Below are positions 19,805 through 30,370 of a stretch of DNA of 64,000 bases, piece by piece. Under the pieces are notes generated by a model that was given only the letters and a program-made list of their open reading frames with translations, was not told where the DNA came from and made no database searches. The translations under genes were made by a program, and so were the position numbers. Position 1 is the stretch's first letter. Every line of letters starts with the position of its first letter. Source of the DNA: a virus (Duplodnaviria > Caudoviricetes); IMG/VR virus record IMGVR_UViG_3300028591_000072, positions 160,001 to 224,000 of that record; one strand, 5' to 3'.

Positions 19805-20569
19805 ATGGTAGATTTTAAAGCAAAGTCCAACGAATCTCAGCAAAAGGACTATAAAGAAAGATTCGAGTTTGTTTTTACAACCGATGGTAACATTATTTGT
19901 CAGCGTTACTTCAGAATTAATAACTTTAATCCTACTTCGTTGCGTTCTTATGAACTTACAAACGCAATTAGAAGGTGTGCTTCTGTTATTGACAGAGACC
20001 TTAGGGACAAAACACAGATTTATCTTTCCATTTATGCTCCAAGAGTATTTGATACTCAAAAGCAAATGGAAGAATACATTGCAAAAGATGAAAATTTTTC
20101 AAAGATGACGATTGGAGAGGGCCTTGTTGTAAGGGGAAACACTGAGACTGATTTTGTTCTTTGTGCAGACAAGACAGCAAAGCCAATTGGCAGCAAATTT
20201 GACGATGGCGAACTTACTGAGGCAAATCCTGAAGATAATAAATCTTCATATAAGTTTGCATTTAAGGTTGATGGGAAGGAGGTATGCTCAATTGCTTGGG
20301 ATGGGTATTATCCTAAGTTTGTGAGAGATAAAATTGACATTTCCAACAAGAGAGGTAAGTTTTCTGAGGAAGATACGGAGCATTTGACGTTTGAACAGTA
20401 TCTTCTTTATATGATGGTTAAGGACAAGTCTGACCTTGTTTATGGCCTTATTAAAAACATTTGCTACGCTTGTAGCTATCCAGATAGCAAGGATTATACG
20501 GTAGACGTGGATGACATTTTTGATTGTTGGAACCACGATTCTGCTATATTGCTATATAATTTGGTATAA
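19805..20569 (+). CDS. Hypothetical protein, probably co-transcribed with the helicase
   Basis: Clean 254-aa ORF ending 11 nt before the helicase. A promoter-like TTTG...TATATG lies upstream (19723-19750). Confidence 0.8.
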   Translation: MVDFKAKSNESQQKDYKERFEFVFTTDGNIICQRYFRINNFNPTSLRSYELTNAIRRCASVIDRDLRDKTQIYLSIYAPRVFDTQKQMEEYIAKDENFSKMTIGEGLVVRGNTETDFVLCADKTAKPIGSKFDDGELTEANPEDNKSSYKFAFKVDGKEVCSIAWDGYYPKFVRDKIDISNKRGKFSEEDTEHLTFEQYLLYMMVKDKSDLVYGLIKNICYACSYPDSKDYTVDVDDIFDCWNHDSAILLYNLV

Positions 20570-20580
20570 TTATGTGATAA

Positions 20581-22110
20581 GTGGGTAAACAATTAGATAA
20601 GAGTAACTTAGGTTACTTAGATTTGGAATTTCAATATAAACTCGTAAAGATTTTTGTTGAAGAACCAAGATTCTTTGAAGATATCGCATCAATTGTTGAC
20701 CAAAATGCATTTACTGACGCATTACTTAGGACTTTTGTGGGTACAATTAAAGATTACTACAAAAATGAAAATGTAATGCCATCTTACGAAGTCATTGGGT
20801 TTTTGCTGAATCAAAAGGCAAAAACCCAAAATGATTTAGATGAGTGGAATGCACTTATTAAGAAACTTAAATTTGAAACAAGTTATGAGGGTTATACAAT
20901 TGTAAAAGAAACAGCTTTACGATTTTTTAAACAGCAAAACTTAATTAAGGTTGCTAATAAAATTCTTGAAATTGCAGGAAAAGGTGATATTGACCGTTAT
21001 GAGGAATGCCAAAGAATGCTAGACGAGGCTGCAATGGCCGGCCAGGATGAGGATTTTGGGTATAACATTTATGAAATGATGGATAAAGCATTGGCAAATG
21101 ATTATACTGTATCAATTCCAACAGGCGTTAGCGTTCTTGACGACGTTCTTGGAGGTGGACTTGATAAAGGAAAGTTAGGGCTTATAATTGCTCCAGCTGG
21201 CTTCGGTAAAACAACATTTACGACTGCAATTTGTGCTTATGCAGCAGGATATAAATGTGACATGAATAACAATCAGGGCTATAAGGTGTTGCAGATATAT
21301 TTTGAAGACGATGATGTTGATATAACAAGAAAGCACTATTCAAGAATTACGGGTTGGGAAGCAAGAACCATGAAAAGGCTTTCTCAACAAGATAGGGAAG
21401 AGGTTACATCGTGGCTTAATAATTTTGAAGACAAGGAAGCACTGAAAAATAACCTAAAGTTAAAGCATTTTAAGACAGGAACAAAAAGTGCAAGCGATAT
21501 TGAAATCTTTGTCAGAAGATTAATTAACACAGGATTTAAACCTGATTTGATTTCAATAGACTATTTTGAATGCCTTGCACCGGAAAAGGGTGGATATTCA
21601 ACTGATACAGAGTGGACACGTGAAGGTGTTACAATGAGAAAGTTGGAAAATATGGCACATGACCTTGATTGTGCAATTTGGATTCCGACACAAGGCACAA
21701 AAGATAGTATGAACAGTCCTGATGTTGTTAGAATGGACCAAGCAAGCGGTTCTGCAAAAAAAGTACACGTTGCGCAGCTAATTCTTTCAATTGCAAGAGC
21801 GATTGGCGATATAGATAAGAATAAAGCGGTAATTTCGGTTCTCAAAAATCGTTCAGGAAAGTCAGGAAAAATATTCAATAATGTAAAATTCGATAATGGA
21901 ACAAGTACTATTTCTTGTGACGAGGTTCAAGAGTTTGACGATTCCCTTGCTTGGGATGAAAAAGCTGCTGAACTTCAGCAACAGCAAACAACAAAATTAT
22001 TTAGGGAAATAAATTCTAAAAAAGACGAAATAATTTCCCAAAAAACTGATAATAAAGATATTGGAGAAGGTAATTTTGTTGGAGTAATAAAGCCAAATGA
22101 TAATTTTTAA
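20581..22110 (+). CDS. Replicative DnaB/gp41-like helicase
   Basis: GTG start, IPTG...LDDVLGGGL, Walker A APAGFGKTT, ISIDY, IWIPTQ and the KNRSG arginine finger. Confidence 0.92.
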   Translation: MGKQLDKSNLGYLDLEFQYKLVKIFVEEPRFFEDIASIVDQNAFTDALLRTFVGTIKDYYKNENVMPSYEVIGFLLNQKAKTQNDLDEWNALIKKLKFETSYEGYTIVKETALRFFKQQNLIKVANKILEIAGKGDIDRYEECQRMLDEAAMAGQDEDFGYNIYEMMDKALANDYTVSIPTGVSVLDDVLGGGLDKGKLGLIIAPAGFGKTTFTTAICAYAAGYKCDMNNNQGYKVLQIYFEDDDVDITRKHYSRITGWEARTMKRLSQQDREEVTSWLNNFEDKEALKNNLKLKHFKTGTKSASDIEIFVRRLINTGFKPDLISIDYFECLAPEKGGYSTDTEWTREGVTMRKLENMAHDLDCAIWIPTQGTKDSMNSPDVVRMDQASGSAKKVHVAQLILSIARAIGDIDKNKAVISVLKNRSGKSGKIFNNVKFDNGTSTISCDEVQEFDDSLAWDEKAAELQQQQTTKLFREINSKKDEIISQKTDNKDIGEGNFVGVIKPNDNF

Positions 22111-22120
22111 AAAAAAATAT

Positions 22121-22153
22121 GGGGCTTTTTCAAACAAAATGAAAAAGCCTTTT
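22121..22153 (+). terminator. Intrinsic terminator-like hairpin after the helicase
   Basis: GGCTTTTTCA-AACAAAA-TGAAAAAGCC followed by TTTT. It abuts a TATTTAT motif at 22153. Confidence 0.6.
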
Positions 22154-22182
22154 ATTTATTAAAATAAGAAAAGATTTAAGAT

Positions 22183-25100
22183 ATGAATGTAAGAAAAAGT
22201 GATGGCTCTTATGAAGAGTTTGATAGAGAAAAAGTTAAGAATGGAATATGTGATGCTTATGTCGAGGCTGGAGAAGAATGTAATGAAATTTTAATTAACA
22301 GCATTGTTGATAACTTGTTTTTGTTCGACAAAATTGATAGTAGTGAGATACGAAGGCAAGTTGAAGATGCATTAATGTCAATAAATAAAAAAGTAGCAAA
22401 GGAATACATCAAGAAATTCGTTTCTGATAGCGAATTAAAGAAAAGGGGTGATTTTATAACGAGTTACATTAATGCCACAAATGCTTCTACTGGTTCAAAA
22501 TACGATTCAAATGCAAATGTAGCAAATAAAAATATTGCGACGTTAAATGCTGAAATACCAAAATTTGAAAATATAATGTTTAACCGTAAAAATACATCTT
22601 CTAGAATAAAGAAATTGTATTCAAATAAGCTGGCCAAACAATATATTGATGATTTAGAAAATCATATAATATATAAACATGACGAAAGTAGTTTTGGGAT
22701 TAATAGTCCATATTGTGTTGCAATTCAATCATATCCTTTTTTAACTGATGGCTTAAAGGGTCTTGGCGGATTGTCCGCAGCGCCTAAAAACATAGATTCA
22801 TATTGTGGAATGTTTGTTAATCTTATTTTTGCAGTTTCCTCTCAGTTTGCAGGCGCTGTTGCTTGTTCTGGCTTTTTTAACATGTTTGATTATTTTGCGA
22901 GAAAGGAATGGGGTGATGATTATTATAAAGAATCAAATAGTTTTTATAAAATTGGATATAAATTAAGAAAATTATTAAATAAGACACATTATTGGACAAA
23001 CAATGTCGTTGAACTTTCAGAACATGATTTTGGTGATGAAGAGATGAATAAATTAAGGGATGAGATTGTGTATGAAAGTACAAGACAATTAACCGAAGAA
23101 GAATTAAAAACTTATATTGAAAACATAAAAAAAGACCCAAATTATGTTTTTCATTTTGGCGATGGTACAAGAACAATTAAGGGCCAAATATACCAATATT
23201 TCCAACAAGTAGTTTATGGAATAAATCAACCTGCCGCAGCAAGGGGATTTCAGAGTGCGTTTGTTAATTTTGGATATTTTGACAAGCCTTATTTTGAAGG
23301 TATGTATGGCGAATTTGTGTTTCCTGACAATACACGTCCTCAATGGGAATCTGTTTCTTTTATACAAAAGACATTTATGAAATGGTTTAATGCTGAAAGA
23401 ACAAGATGCGTTCTTACATTTCCAGTTGAAACAATGTCACTTCTTTATAGGGATGGTGAATATGTTGACAAGGAATACGCTGAATTTACGGCTGAGATGT
23501 TATCTGAAGGACATAGTTTCTTTATTTACACAAGTGATTCACCGGATACATTAAGTTCATGTTGCTTTAGTAAAGACCAAAAAGTGTTATGGAAGTCATC
23601 AACTGGAGGTGTCAATTTAACAACATTAGAGGAATTGCATAATGCGAAATGGGAAACAGAAAAGAAAAATCTAAGGATTTTCCATAACGGAAGTTGGGTT
23701 AATGGGAAGACAGTAAAGTTGTCTAATAGAAAAATGTATAAAGTTGTTACAGAAAACAACAAAGAATTTTATATGACAGATAATCATATAAATGTAACGG
23801 CTGAAGGTGAAAAAACAACGGATAAACTTTCAACTAATGATTATCTAATGTTTAATACAATGGCATTAAATGCCATTTCTGAAAATGATGAACATTTAAC
23901 ATACGAACAAGGCTTTGTCATTGGTGCATTTCTTGGTGATGGTTCATTTGGCAGCGAAGTGAATGGGACCATATATAGTATTAATTTTTCCCAAAATGAA
24001 AAAAAATATGAGAAAATGATGGATATGATTGATAAAGCGAATAAGCAAGTTGGTGGAGATAGTTTTTCCTGTTTAAGAACTGTTTATAATAACGTATATC
24101 CAGTAGAAATAAGTTCAAAAAGACTTGCATCTTTTATCATGAAATGGACAAATTGGCACAGAGGGGTATATGCTTATAATAAAGAATTGAATCTTAATTG
24201 TTTATTACAGTCTGTTGAGTTCAGGAAAGGTATTCTTGATGGATGGTATAATACAGATGGTGGAAATACTAACAGATGTTATACGACAAGCAAAAAACTT
24301 GTTGAATGCATGGAGGCTTTAATTACATCACTAGGAATGCAGTCAATTATAAATGTTAGCAATAGAACAACGGAAATATGTGGCTCTAAAGTTGTTATAA
24401 GGGAAAAGGAATATAATAGAAATTATCCTTTATATTGTGTTAGATGGTACGAGCCTGTTAATAATAGGAAAAACAAGAATAAAGGAAACAGTTGGATAAA
24501 GAAAAACAATTCAATATATTTTAAAATAAAGTCAATCGAGCCATTTGAATATAATGAAGATGTTTATTGTATTGAATGCAATAATGAAGATGAACCTTAT
24601 TTTACATTACCTTCCGGATTGATAACCCATAATTGCAGACTTTCAAATAAGATACAAGAAAACACATTTACGTTTACCAATGGATTAACAGGCGAACAGA
24701 CTGGTTCAAAATCCGTTATTACACTTAATTTCAATAGGATTATGCAAAACTTTGTTAATGAACATTATAATGGTGAAGCGGATTCATTCAACAAGGATAA
24801 ACAAGAGTTCATGGATGGCTTTAAGAAATATTTGCAGCCAATACTTGAAAGAGTATATAAATACCATACGGCATATAATGATATATTATGGGAATTGTAT
24901 AATGCAAATATGCTTCCTGTTTATTCAGCCGGATTCATACATTTAAACAGGCAATATCTTACGCTTGGAATTAATGGACTTAATGAGGCATGGATGTTTT
25001 TGGGCGGAAAATGTAATTACAATAAAGATTATTTATATTTCACTTCTTCAATTACTGGTTTTATGAAACAACAGAATGCAATTCATAAAACAAGAAAAGA

Positions 25101-25578
25101 ACTATTTAACACCGAGTTTGTACCTGCGGAATCACTTGGAATTAAGAATTATAAATGGGACAAAAATGATGGATATTGGGTACCAGAAGGGAGAAATTGC
25201 TATACTTCTTATTTCTTTTTACCTGATGATGATGAAATTTCAATATTAGACAAAATGAAATTACATGGAAAAGAAAATGTTGAGTCAATCGATGGAGGTT
25301 CGGCATGTCATTTACAATTGATGGAGCATTTAAGTATCGAACAATATCGAAAGTTGCTTGATTTCGCCGGTAAAGTAGGATGTAATTACTGGACGGTTAA
25401 CGTAAAAAATAGTGAATGCAAAAATTGCGGATATATTAGTAAACATACGATAAAAAAATGTCCTAAATGTGGAAGTGAAGATTTTGATTATTGGACAAGA
25501 ATAATTGGATATTTGAGAAAAGTAAGTGACTTTAACGAAGGTAGACAAATAGAAGAAAGTAAAAGGGTTTATTCTTAA
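22183..25578 (+). CDS. nrdD: Anaerobic (class III) ribonucleoside-triphosphate reductase, intein-containing
   Basis: N-terminal ATP cone (VRKSDG..EEFDREKV), YKHDE, PYC, LTFPVET, spliced active site LSSC|CRL, EFVPAESL, zinc site CKNC...CPKC and glycyl-radical loop RIIGYL. Confidence 0.95.
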   Translation: MNVRKSDGSYEEFDREKVKNGICDAYVEAGEECNEILINSIVDNLFLFDKIDSSEIRRQVEDALMSINKKVAKEYIKKFVSDSELKKRGDFITSYINATNASTGSKYDSNANVANKNIATLNAEIPKFENIMFNRKNTSSRIKKLYSNKLAKQYIDDLENHIIYKHDESSFGINSPYCVAIQSYPFLTDGLKGLGGLSAAPKNIDSYCGMFVNLIFAVSSQFAGAVACSGFFNMFDYFARKEWGDDYYKESNSFYKIGYKLRKLLNKTHYWTNNVVELSEHDFGDEEMNKLRDEIVYESTRQLTEEELKTYIENIKKDPNYVFHFGDGTRTIKGQIYQYFQQVVYGINQPAAARGFQSAFVNFGYFDKPYFEGMYGEFVFPDNTRPQWESVSFIQKTFMKWFNAERTRCVLTFPVETMSLLYRDGEYVDKEYAEFTAEMLSEGHSFFIYTSDSPDTLSSCCFSKDQKVLWKSSTGGVNLTTLEELHNAKWETEKKNLRIFHNGSWVNGKTVKLSNRKMYKVVTENNKEFYMTDNHINVTAEGEKTTDKLSTNDYLMFNTMALNAISENDEHLTYEQGFVIGAFLGDGSFGSEVNGTIYSINFSQNEKKYEKMMDMIDKANKQVGGDSFSCLRTVYNNVYPVEISSKRLASFIMKWTNWHRGVYAYNKELNLNCLLQSVEFRKGILDGWYNTDGGNTNRCYTTSKKLVECMEALITSLGMQSIINVSNRTTEICGSKVVIREKEYNRNYPLYCVRWYEPVNNRKNKNKGNSWIKKNNSIYFKIKSIEPFEYNEDVYCIECNNEDEPYFTLPSGLITHNCRLSNKIQENTFTFTNGLTGEQTGSKSVITLNFNRIMQNFVNEHYNGEADSFNKDKQEFMDGFKKYLQPILERVYKYHTAYNDILWELYNANMLPVYSAGFIHLNRQYLTLGINGLNEAWMFLGGKCNYNKDYLYFTSSITGFMKQQNAIHKTRKELFNTEFVPAESLGIKNYKWDKNDGYWVPEGRNCYTSYFFLPDDDEISILDKMKLHGKENVESIDGGSACHLQLMEHLSIEQYRKLLDFAGKVGCNYWTVNVKNSECKNCGYISKHTIKKCPKCGSEDFDYWTRIIGYLRKVSDFNEGRQIEESKRVYS
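23563..24633 (+). mobile_element. Intein (357 aa) with LAGLIDADG homing endonuclease in nrdD
   Basis: Begins CFSKDQKV, has block B TDNH, endonuclease motifs IGAFLGDGS and ILDGWYNTDG, and ends LITHN before a +1 Cys. Removing it restores SSCCRL and leaves a 774-aa NrdD. Confidence 0.93.
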
Positions 25579-25581
25579 ATT

Positions 25582-26061
25582 ATGATTAAATATTTACAGA
25601 CAAAGGTTGTTTTTTTTGAGATACCTTGTGAAATTACGCTTGCTGTCAACATAACAAATTGTCAAAACAGATGTGTAGGATGCCATTCCCCTGAACTAAG
25701 GGAAAACATCGGAACTGAGTTGACAAATGAAGAGGCTGACAAAATGATAAAGGAAAATGATGGAATCAATTGTTTTCTTTTTATGGGCGAGGGAAACGAC
25801 AAGGAAGGCTTAATTTCACTTATGCAATACATGAAAGATAAGTATCCGTCTTTAAAGCTTGCATTGTATAGTGGAAGGGAAAAAGTCGAAGGCGAATTGC
25901 TTAGATATTTGGATTATGTCAAGGTTGGCCCATATATTGAAATGTATGGGCCTCTTAATAAAGAAACAACGAACCAAAGGCTATATCAAATAGAGCATTT
26001 TGAAAATAGTGATGTTGAATTTAAGCTTGTTGATATTACAAATTTATTTTGGAAAAAATAA
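25582..26061 (+). CDS. nrdG: Anaerobic RNR activating enzyme (radical SAM)
   Basis: CQNRCVGCH (CxxxCxxC), KVGPY and TTNQRLY, directly after nrdD. Confidence 0.93.
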   Translation: MIKYLQTKVVFFEIPCEITLAVNITNCQNRCVGCHSPELRENIGTELTNEEADKMIKENDGINCFLFMGEGNDKEGLISLMQYMKDKYPSLKLALYSGREKVEGELLRYLDYVKVGPYIEMYGPLNKETTNQRLYQIEHFENSDVEFKLVDITNLFWKK

Positions 26062-26067
26062 TTTATT

Positions 26068-26874
26068 ATGAAAAAAAGGTTGGTATTTTTTATATATGTT
26101 GATACGGATTATGTGAACAGTAGAATATATGATGTTCATTTTTATCTTTTAAAACATTTTAAGTATAATTTCGATGAATATACGTTTTGGCTATCATTGA
26201 AAGACTTTAGTGAAGAAAATATAGAATTTGCAAGCGAAATTGTTAAAAAATTAATGTCTTTCGGGTTCACAAAAAATACGGAATATAAAATATATGAAAA
26301 TGATTTTTTAAGGGAAGCAAAATGCTTCAATGAAGAGGTTGTGACGAGAGTTTTTGGTGGTGATAATGAACTTATTTTTTTTGGGTACACAAAAGGCTTG
26401 TCAAATGAATTTAATGATTCATTGCTTTTTTGGATTTGTTCGATGTATTATTTTGGGCTGAATTTTAAAAATCGAATTGATGATATTTTTAATGATAAAA
26501 ATAATCACATTGCGTTTTACGGATTTCCTTTAATGGATTATAACACTTGGAACATTGTTAAATATAATCATATGTATGCAGGTACGTTTTATTGGATTAA
26601 TACTGAAATGGTTAGAAAGATAAAGGATTTTTATAATATTGATTTTTCTGTAATTGAAAATAGGGATTACGCTGAAAATTTTACTGGAGATAATTTTTTG
26701 CCTTGTTTTTGTGGGACATATACTGGAAAAAGAATGCCTTGTTGGGAAATGTATCATTTTTCAAGGAATGGAATGGTTAATGTTTTTAATGAAAATGAAG
26801 GGAATTGTGCGGATTTGAAAGAATTTTGTGAATTTTATAATAAAATGATAAATGATTTAAATATTTTTTTATGA
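26068..26874 (+). CDS. HTKG/GTFYW family paralogue 1 (putative glycosyltransferase-like)
   Basis: LIFFGYTKG, YAGTFYWIN and RDYAENF. Aligns by eye over its full length with 26871, 34478 and 36285. Confidence 0.6.
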   Translation: MKKRLVFFIYVDTDYVNSRIYDVHFYLLKHFKYNFDEYTFWLSLKDFSEENIEFASEIVKKLMSFGFTKNTEYKIYENDFLREAKCFNEEVVTRVFGGDNELIFFGYTKGLSNEFNDSLLFWICSMYYFGLNFKNRIDDIFNDKNNHIAFYGFPLMDYNTWNIVKYNHMYAGTFYWINTEMVRKIKDFYNIDFSVIENRDYAENFTGDNFLPCFCGTYTGKRMPCWEMYHFSRNGMVNVFNENEGNCADLKEFCEFYNKMINDLNIFL

Positions 26875-27698
26875 AAAAGAGACTTGTGTTTTTTGTTTAT
26901 GTCGATTGTGCTTATAGGGATTGTTTGATATATGACATACATTTTGCAAATTTATCAAAGTATTATAAGATTTTTGATGCGGCTACAATCTATTTTTCAT
27001 TAAAAGAAATTAATGAAGATAACATGGATATTGTTCGCTATCTTGCAAAAAAAATAATTGATTGTGGGTTTATTAATGATGTTGAAATTAAAATAAGAAA
27101 AAACACTGAAATTCGTGAAGTTGATTGCTTTAAAGAAGAAGTTATTTCAAGGATAGAGAACAACGTTCCTGAACTTGTTTTTTTTACACATACAAAGGGC
27201 ATTTCAAATGTACTAAATGAAAGCCTTTTTAAGTGGATATGTGGAATGTATTATTTTAATTTGAATTTTATTGATGAGGTAAATTGCTTTCTTGTAAGCA
27301 AGCCAATTTATGATACGGCACATAGAAGCGGAATTTTTTATGGATTCCCTTGCCTGGTTAGTAACATTAAGAATTATATAACTAGTCAAGTTTTTTATCC
27401 GGGAACTATATATTGGGTCAATTGTTCAAAGGCTGCTCAATATAATAGATATTTTGAAATAGAGCCGAAAAATAAATATATATATAGCACTAGGTGCTTT
27501 GCTGAAGAGTTTCCTGGCGATTATTTTATGGGCGTTGTTTGCCAAAGTCATTTTATGCAAAATAAAGAGGAATTTTCTTTATATGAAGATTTTGATAAGC
27601 AAATGGAATCAATTTATTCGAATAATTCGTATGCTGATAAAGAAGGGTTTGATTCGTATTGCAATGAAATAAAAGATATCGTATCTTTATATTTTTAA
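26871..27698 (+). CDS. HTKG/GTFYW family paralogue 2
   Basis: LVFFTHTKG, YPGTIYWVN and RCFAEEFP. ATGA overlap with paralogue 1, and a near-identical N-terminus (MKKRLVFF.YVD). Confidence 0.6.
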   Translation: MKKRLVFFVYVDCAYRDCLIYDIHFANLSKYYKIFDAATIYFSLKEINEDNMDIVRYLAKKIIDCGFINDVEIKIRKNTEIREVDCFKEEVISRIENNVPELVFFTHTKGISNVLNESLFKWICGMYYFNLNFIDEVNCFLVSKPIYDTAHRSGIFYGFPCLVSNIKNYITSQVFYPGTIYWVNCSKAAQYNRYFEIEPKNKYIYSTRCFAEEFPGDYFMGVVCQSHFMQNKEEFSLYEDFDKQMESIYSNNSYADKEGFDSYCNEIKDIVSLYF

Positions 27699-27709
27699 CG
27701 TTAATAAAT

Positions 27710-28951
27710 ATGATTAATATTTTAAAAGCAATTATTTTTGATGAATTAAAGGAAGAACATCTTGAAATGTATAATGATGTTCTGTCAGATGTTTATTTTG
27801 AAAACAGTGAAAGAGGGTTTGATTTGGTTGTAAGCGATGGAAATGAGAGTATTAATGACTTGTTATATAACAATAAAAATTTTGATTGTTTGATAACAAT
27901 AGGTAATACTGATACCTCATATTATAATGAGCTTATGCACTACGGGTTTGACATTAGGAAAAAGTGGGTAAACATTCCTGAATTTGATGCCAACAAAATG
28001 GCTAAAATAATAATTGATACATTTTATACCAATTTAAATAGGGAACGTGGAAGTGAAAATAAGCTGTTTTCATTTTTTACGTGTACATTTAATACTAGCA
28101 ACGATGAACTTACGAGGCTATATAATTCGTTTGTAAATCAAACATATACTGAATGGAATTGGTATATACTTGATGATAGTACAAATGATAGTGTAATTGA
28201 ATTTATAAAATCATTGAAAGATTATAGGATTACAATTATTAAAAATGTTACTGACCATGGAAGTATTGGATTTAATAAAAGAACAATAGCAATGATGTGT
28301 GATGGCGATTATTTGGTTGAGGTTGACCATGATGATGAATTGACTCCTGATTGCCTTTATTATCTGAAAACTGCATTTAATATGTATCCTGATACTGATT
28401 TTGTTTATTCTGACGCTGTTGAGGATATTGAGGGTGAATCTTGTATATATGGAGATGGATGGGGATGGGGGGAAGGGACTCATAGAGATGAGGTTGTAAA
28501 TGGAAAAAGCATAAAATTGTCAGTGAGTCCTGAGATAAATCCGTTCTCAATAAGAACAATTTTTGCCCAGCCAAATCATGTTAGGTGCTGGAAAAAGTCG
28601 TTTTACCATAAAATAGATGGCCATAACGTGTCTTTTGGTGTTTTGGATGATATGGAAATACTTATACGCACTTTTTTATACGGAAAAATGACAAAGGTTG
28701 ATAAGGTACTTTATATACAGTATGAAAAGAGAAATAGAATGGGGGGAAACGGAACTGCACAAGCAAGAAGGTTTGGCGAAATACAAAGAACATGCTGGCT
28801 TTTAAAAGAATATTATGACAAAAAGGTACATGATAGAATAATAGAACTTGGATATTTTGATAATGCTTGGGACTATAATTCCGGATGCTCTATATTATGG
28901 AAGAATCATAAGCCTGGATGTGAAATAATGAGCCATTTACTAAAGCCTTGA
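27710..28951 (+). CDS. GT2-family (GT-A) glycosyltransferase with an extra N-terminal domain
   Basis: FSFFTCTFN, SFVNQTYTEWNWYILDDS, GDYLVEVDHDDEL, FVYSD and LDDMEILIR. Confidence 0.85.
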   Translation: MINILKAIIFDELKEEHLEMYNDVLSDVYFENSERGFDLVVSDGNESINDLLYNNKNFDCLITIGNTDTSYYNELMHYGFDIRKKWVNIPEFDANKMAKIIIDTFYTNLNRERGSENKLFSFFTCTFNTSNDELTRLYNSFVNQTYTEWNWYILDDSTNDSVIEFIKSLKDYRITIIKNVTDHGSIGFNKRTIAMMCDGDYLVEVDHDDELTPDCLYYLKTAFNMYPDTDFVYSDAVEDIEGESCIYGDGWGWGEGTHRDEVVNGKSIKLSVSPEINPFSIRTIFAQPNHVRCWKKSFYHKIDGHNVSFGVLDDMEILIRTFLYGKMTKVDKVLYIQYEKRNRMGGNGTAQARRFGEIQRTCWLLKEYYDKKVHDRIIELGYFDNAWDYNSGCSILWKNHKPGCEIMSHLLKP

Positions 28952-28976
28952 AAAACGCTTTATAATACAATATACT

Positions 28977-29011
28977 AACAAAAATGGGCGGTTTTTTGCC
29001 GCCCATTATTG
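28977..29011. terminator. Bidirectional intrinsic terminator between convergent GT genes
   Basis: AATGGGCGG (28983-28991) pairs with CCGCCCATT (28999-29007), with A/T runs on both sides. Confidence 0.8.
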
Positions 29012-30370
29012 TTATTTTACAATAAATATTTTATTTTTTGTTTTTCTGAAATCCTCGTAAATTCCTTTAAATGCATTTGAAAATAGTTGTTGTTCTGAAT
29101 CTATAATCAATGTTTTAATAAACGAAGTTTCTTTTGAAATTACTTCATCAATTGATTTTGCTTTTTTGCAAAAACTTGGGATATATGATTTGTCGTTGTT
29201 TGCTATTACAAATATATTATTAAAATATCTGTTTGCATAATATATTAACGATGCATTAAAATTATTTGATTTAATGATTATGTTTGTATGTTGCATAAAT
29301 TCTTTTAATTCTGAAGCAATTTTAAAGTTTTCATTCGTTGAATTGTCAAGTTCATATAACAATTCTGATGTTTCAATATAATCTTTTGGAAAATTATATT
29401 CAAGTTCTTTTTTGTATAGTTTTTTATATATTTTTTTTAAATATGGTTTGAATATGTTATTATCTCTGTTTTTTTTGAAAAAATCAAGAATTAAATATTC
29501 TGCTGTGTCGTTTTCTTTTTTTACTTTAGTGATGTCATAAAGAAGTTTAACCTTTAGTGGGTCTTTTGTTGCAAGAGGGTCATTTATCATTGTCATTGCA
29601 AAAAATTCATAATCAGTAAGCCTTCCAATTGAGAAATTATGGACACGATAATCAAATGATGAACTAATTCTATTGTATGAAAATGTATTTGATAATATTT
29701 TTTTACACAAAGGAATGTCATCCCATAATAATGTGTAATAAAAATAATTAAAATAGTCACAATCAACATTTTGCAAATTATTGTCTTCTAATAATGATTT
29801 TAGGAATATTTCTTTATATTTCCAATATTGTGCTTTTGCTCCACCATGTTTTTTGTGCAATATTCTTCCGTTTTTAAAAGTCGTTTCACTTGGATGCTTT
29901 TCAAGAATATGTATGCTTTCATGAACTGGATTTAGCCAAAACGGATTTGCACTTTTTCTTATTATACTTCTACTGTCATAGCATAAAGTGTTTATTTCGT
30001 TTCCGTTTTCATCAAAGTTTGTTAGTGGTACATATATTTTTGTAAAATTAAAGAAATTGTTTTCTTTGTAATATTTTATTTCGTTTTGCAGTGTTTCTTC
30101 AAAAACTTCATCTGCATCGGTGGTTAATACATAGTCACATGTTGTTTTTTCAAGTGAAAAGTTTCTTGCTTTTGAGAAATCATCACACCATTCAAAATCA
30201 TATAATTTTATTTTTGGATTATTTAAATGTTTTATGATTTCTTTTGTCTTATCTGTTGAACCTGTGTCTGTAATAATTATTTCATCTGAAAATGAAATAA
30301 TGGAATCAATACATCTTTTTATTACTGATTCTTCGTTTTTAACTATTAAATATGTGCTTAATGTTTTCAT
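29012..30370 (-). CDS. GT2-family glycosyltransferase (SunS/flagellin-GT-like N-terminus) with a helical C-terminal region
   Basis: LIVKNEE..I.RCIDSI, DEIIITDTGSTDKT, WCDDFSKARN, DADE and VHE. Confidence 0.85.
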   Translation of the reverse strand: MKTLSTYLIVKNEESVIKRCIDSIISFSDEIIITDTGSTDKTKEIIKHLNNPKIKLYDFEWCDDFSKARNFSLEKTTCDYVLTTDADEVFEETLQNEIKYYKENNFFNFTKIYVPLTNFDENGNEINTLCYDSRSIIRKSANPFWLNPVHESIHILEKHPSETTFKNGRILHKKHGGAKAQYWKYKEIFLKSLLEDNNLQNVDCDYFNYFYYTLLWDDIPLCKKILSNTFSYNRISSSFDYRVHNFSIGRLTDYEFFAMTMINDPLATKDPLKVKLLYDITKVKKENDTAEYLILDFFKKNRDNNIFKPYLKKIYKKLYKKELEYNFPKDYIETSELLYELDNSTNENFKIASELKEFMQHTNIIIKSNNFNASLIYYANRYFNNIFVIANNDKSYIPSFCKKAKSIDEVISKETSFIKTLIIDSEQQLFSNAFKGIYEDFRKTKNKIFIVK

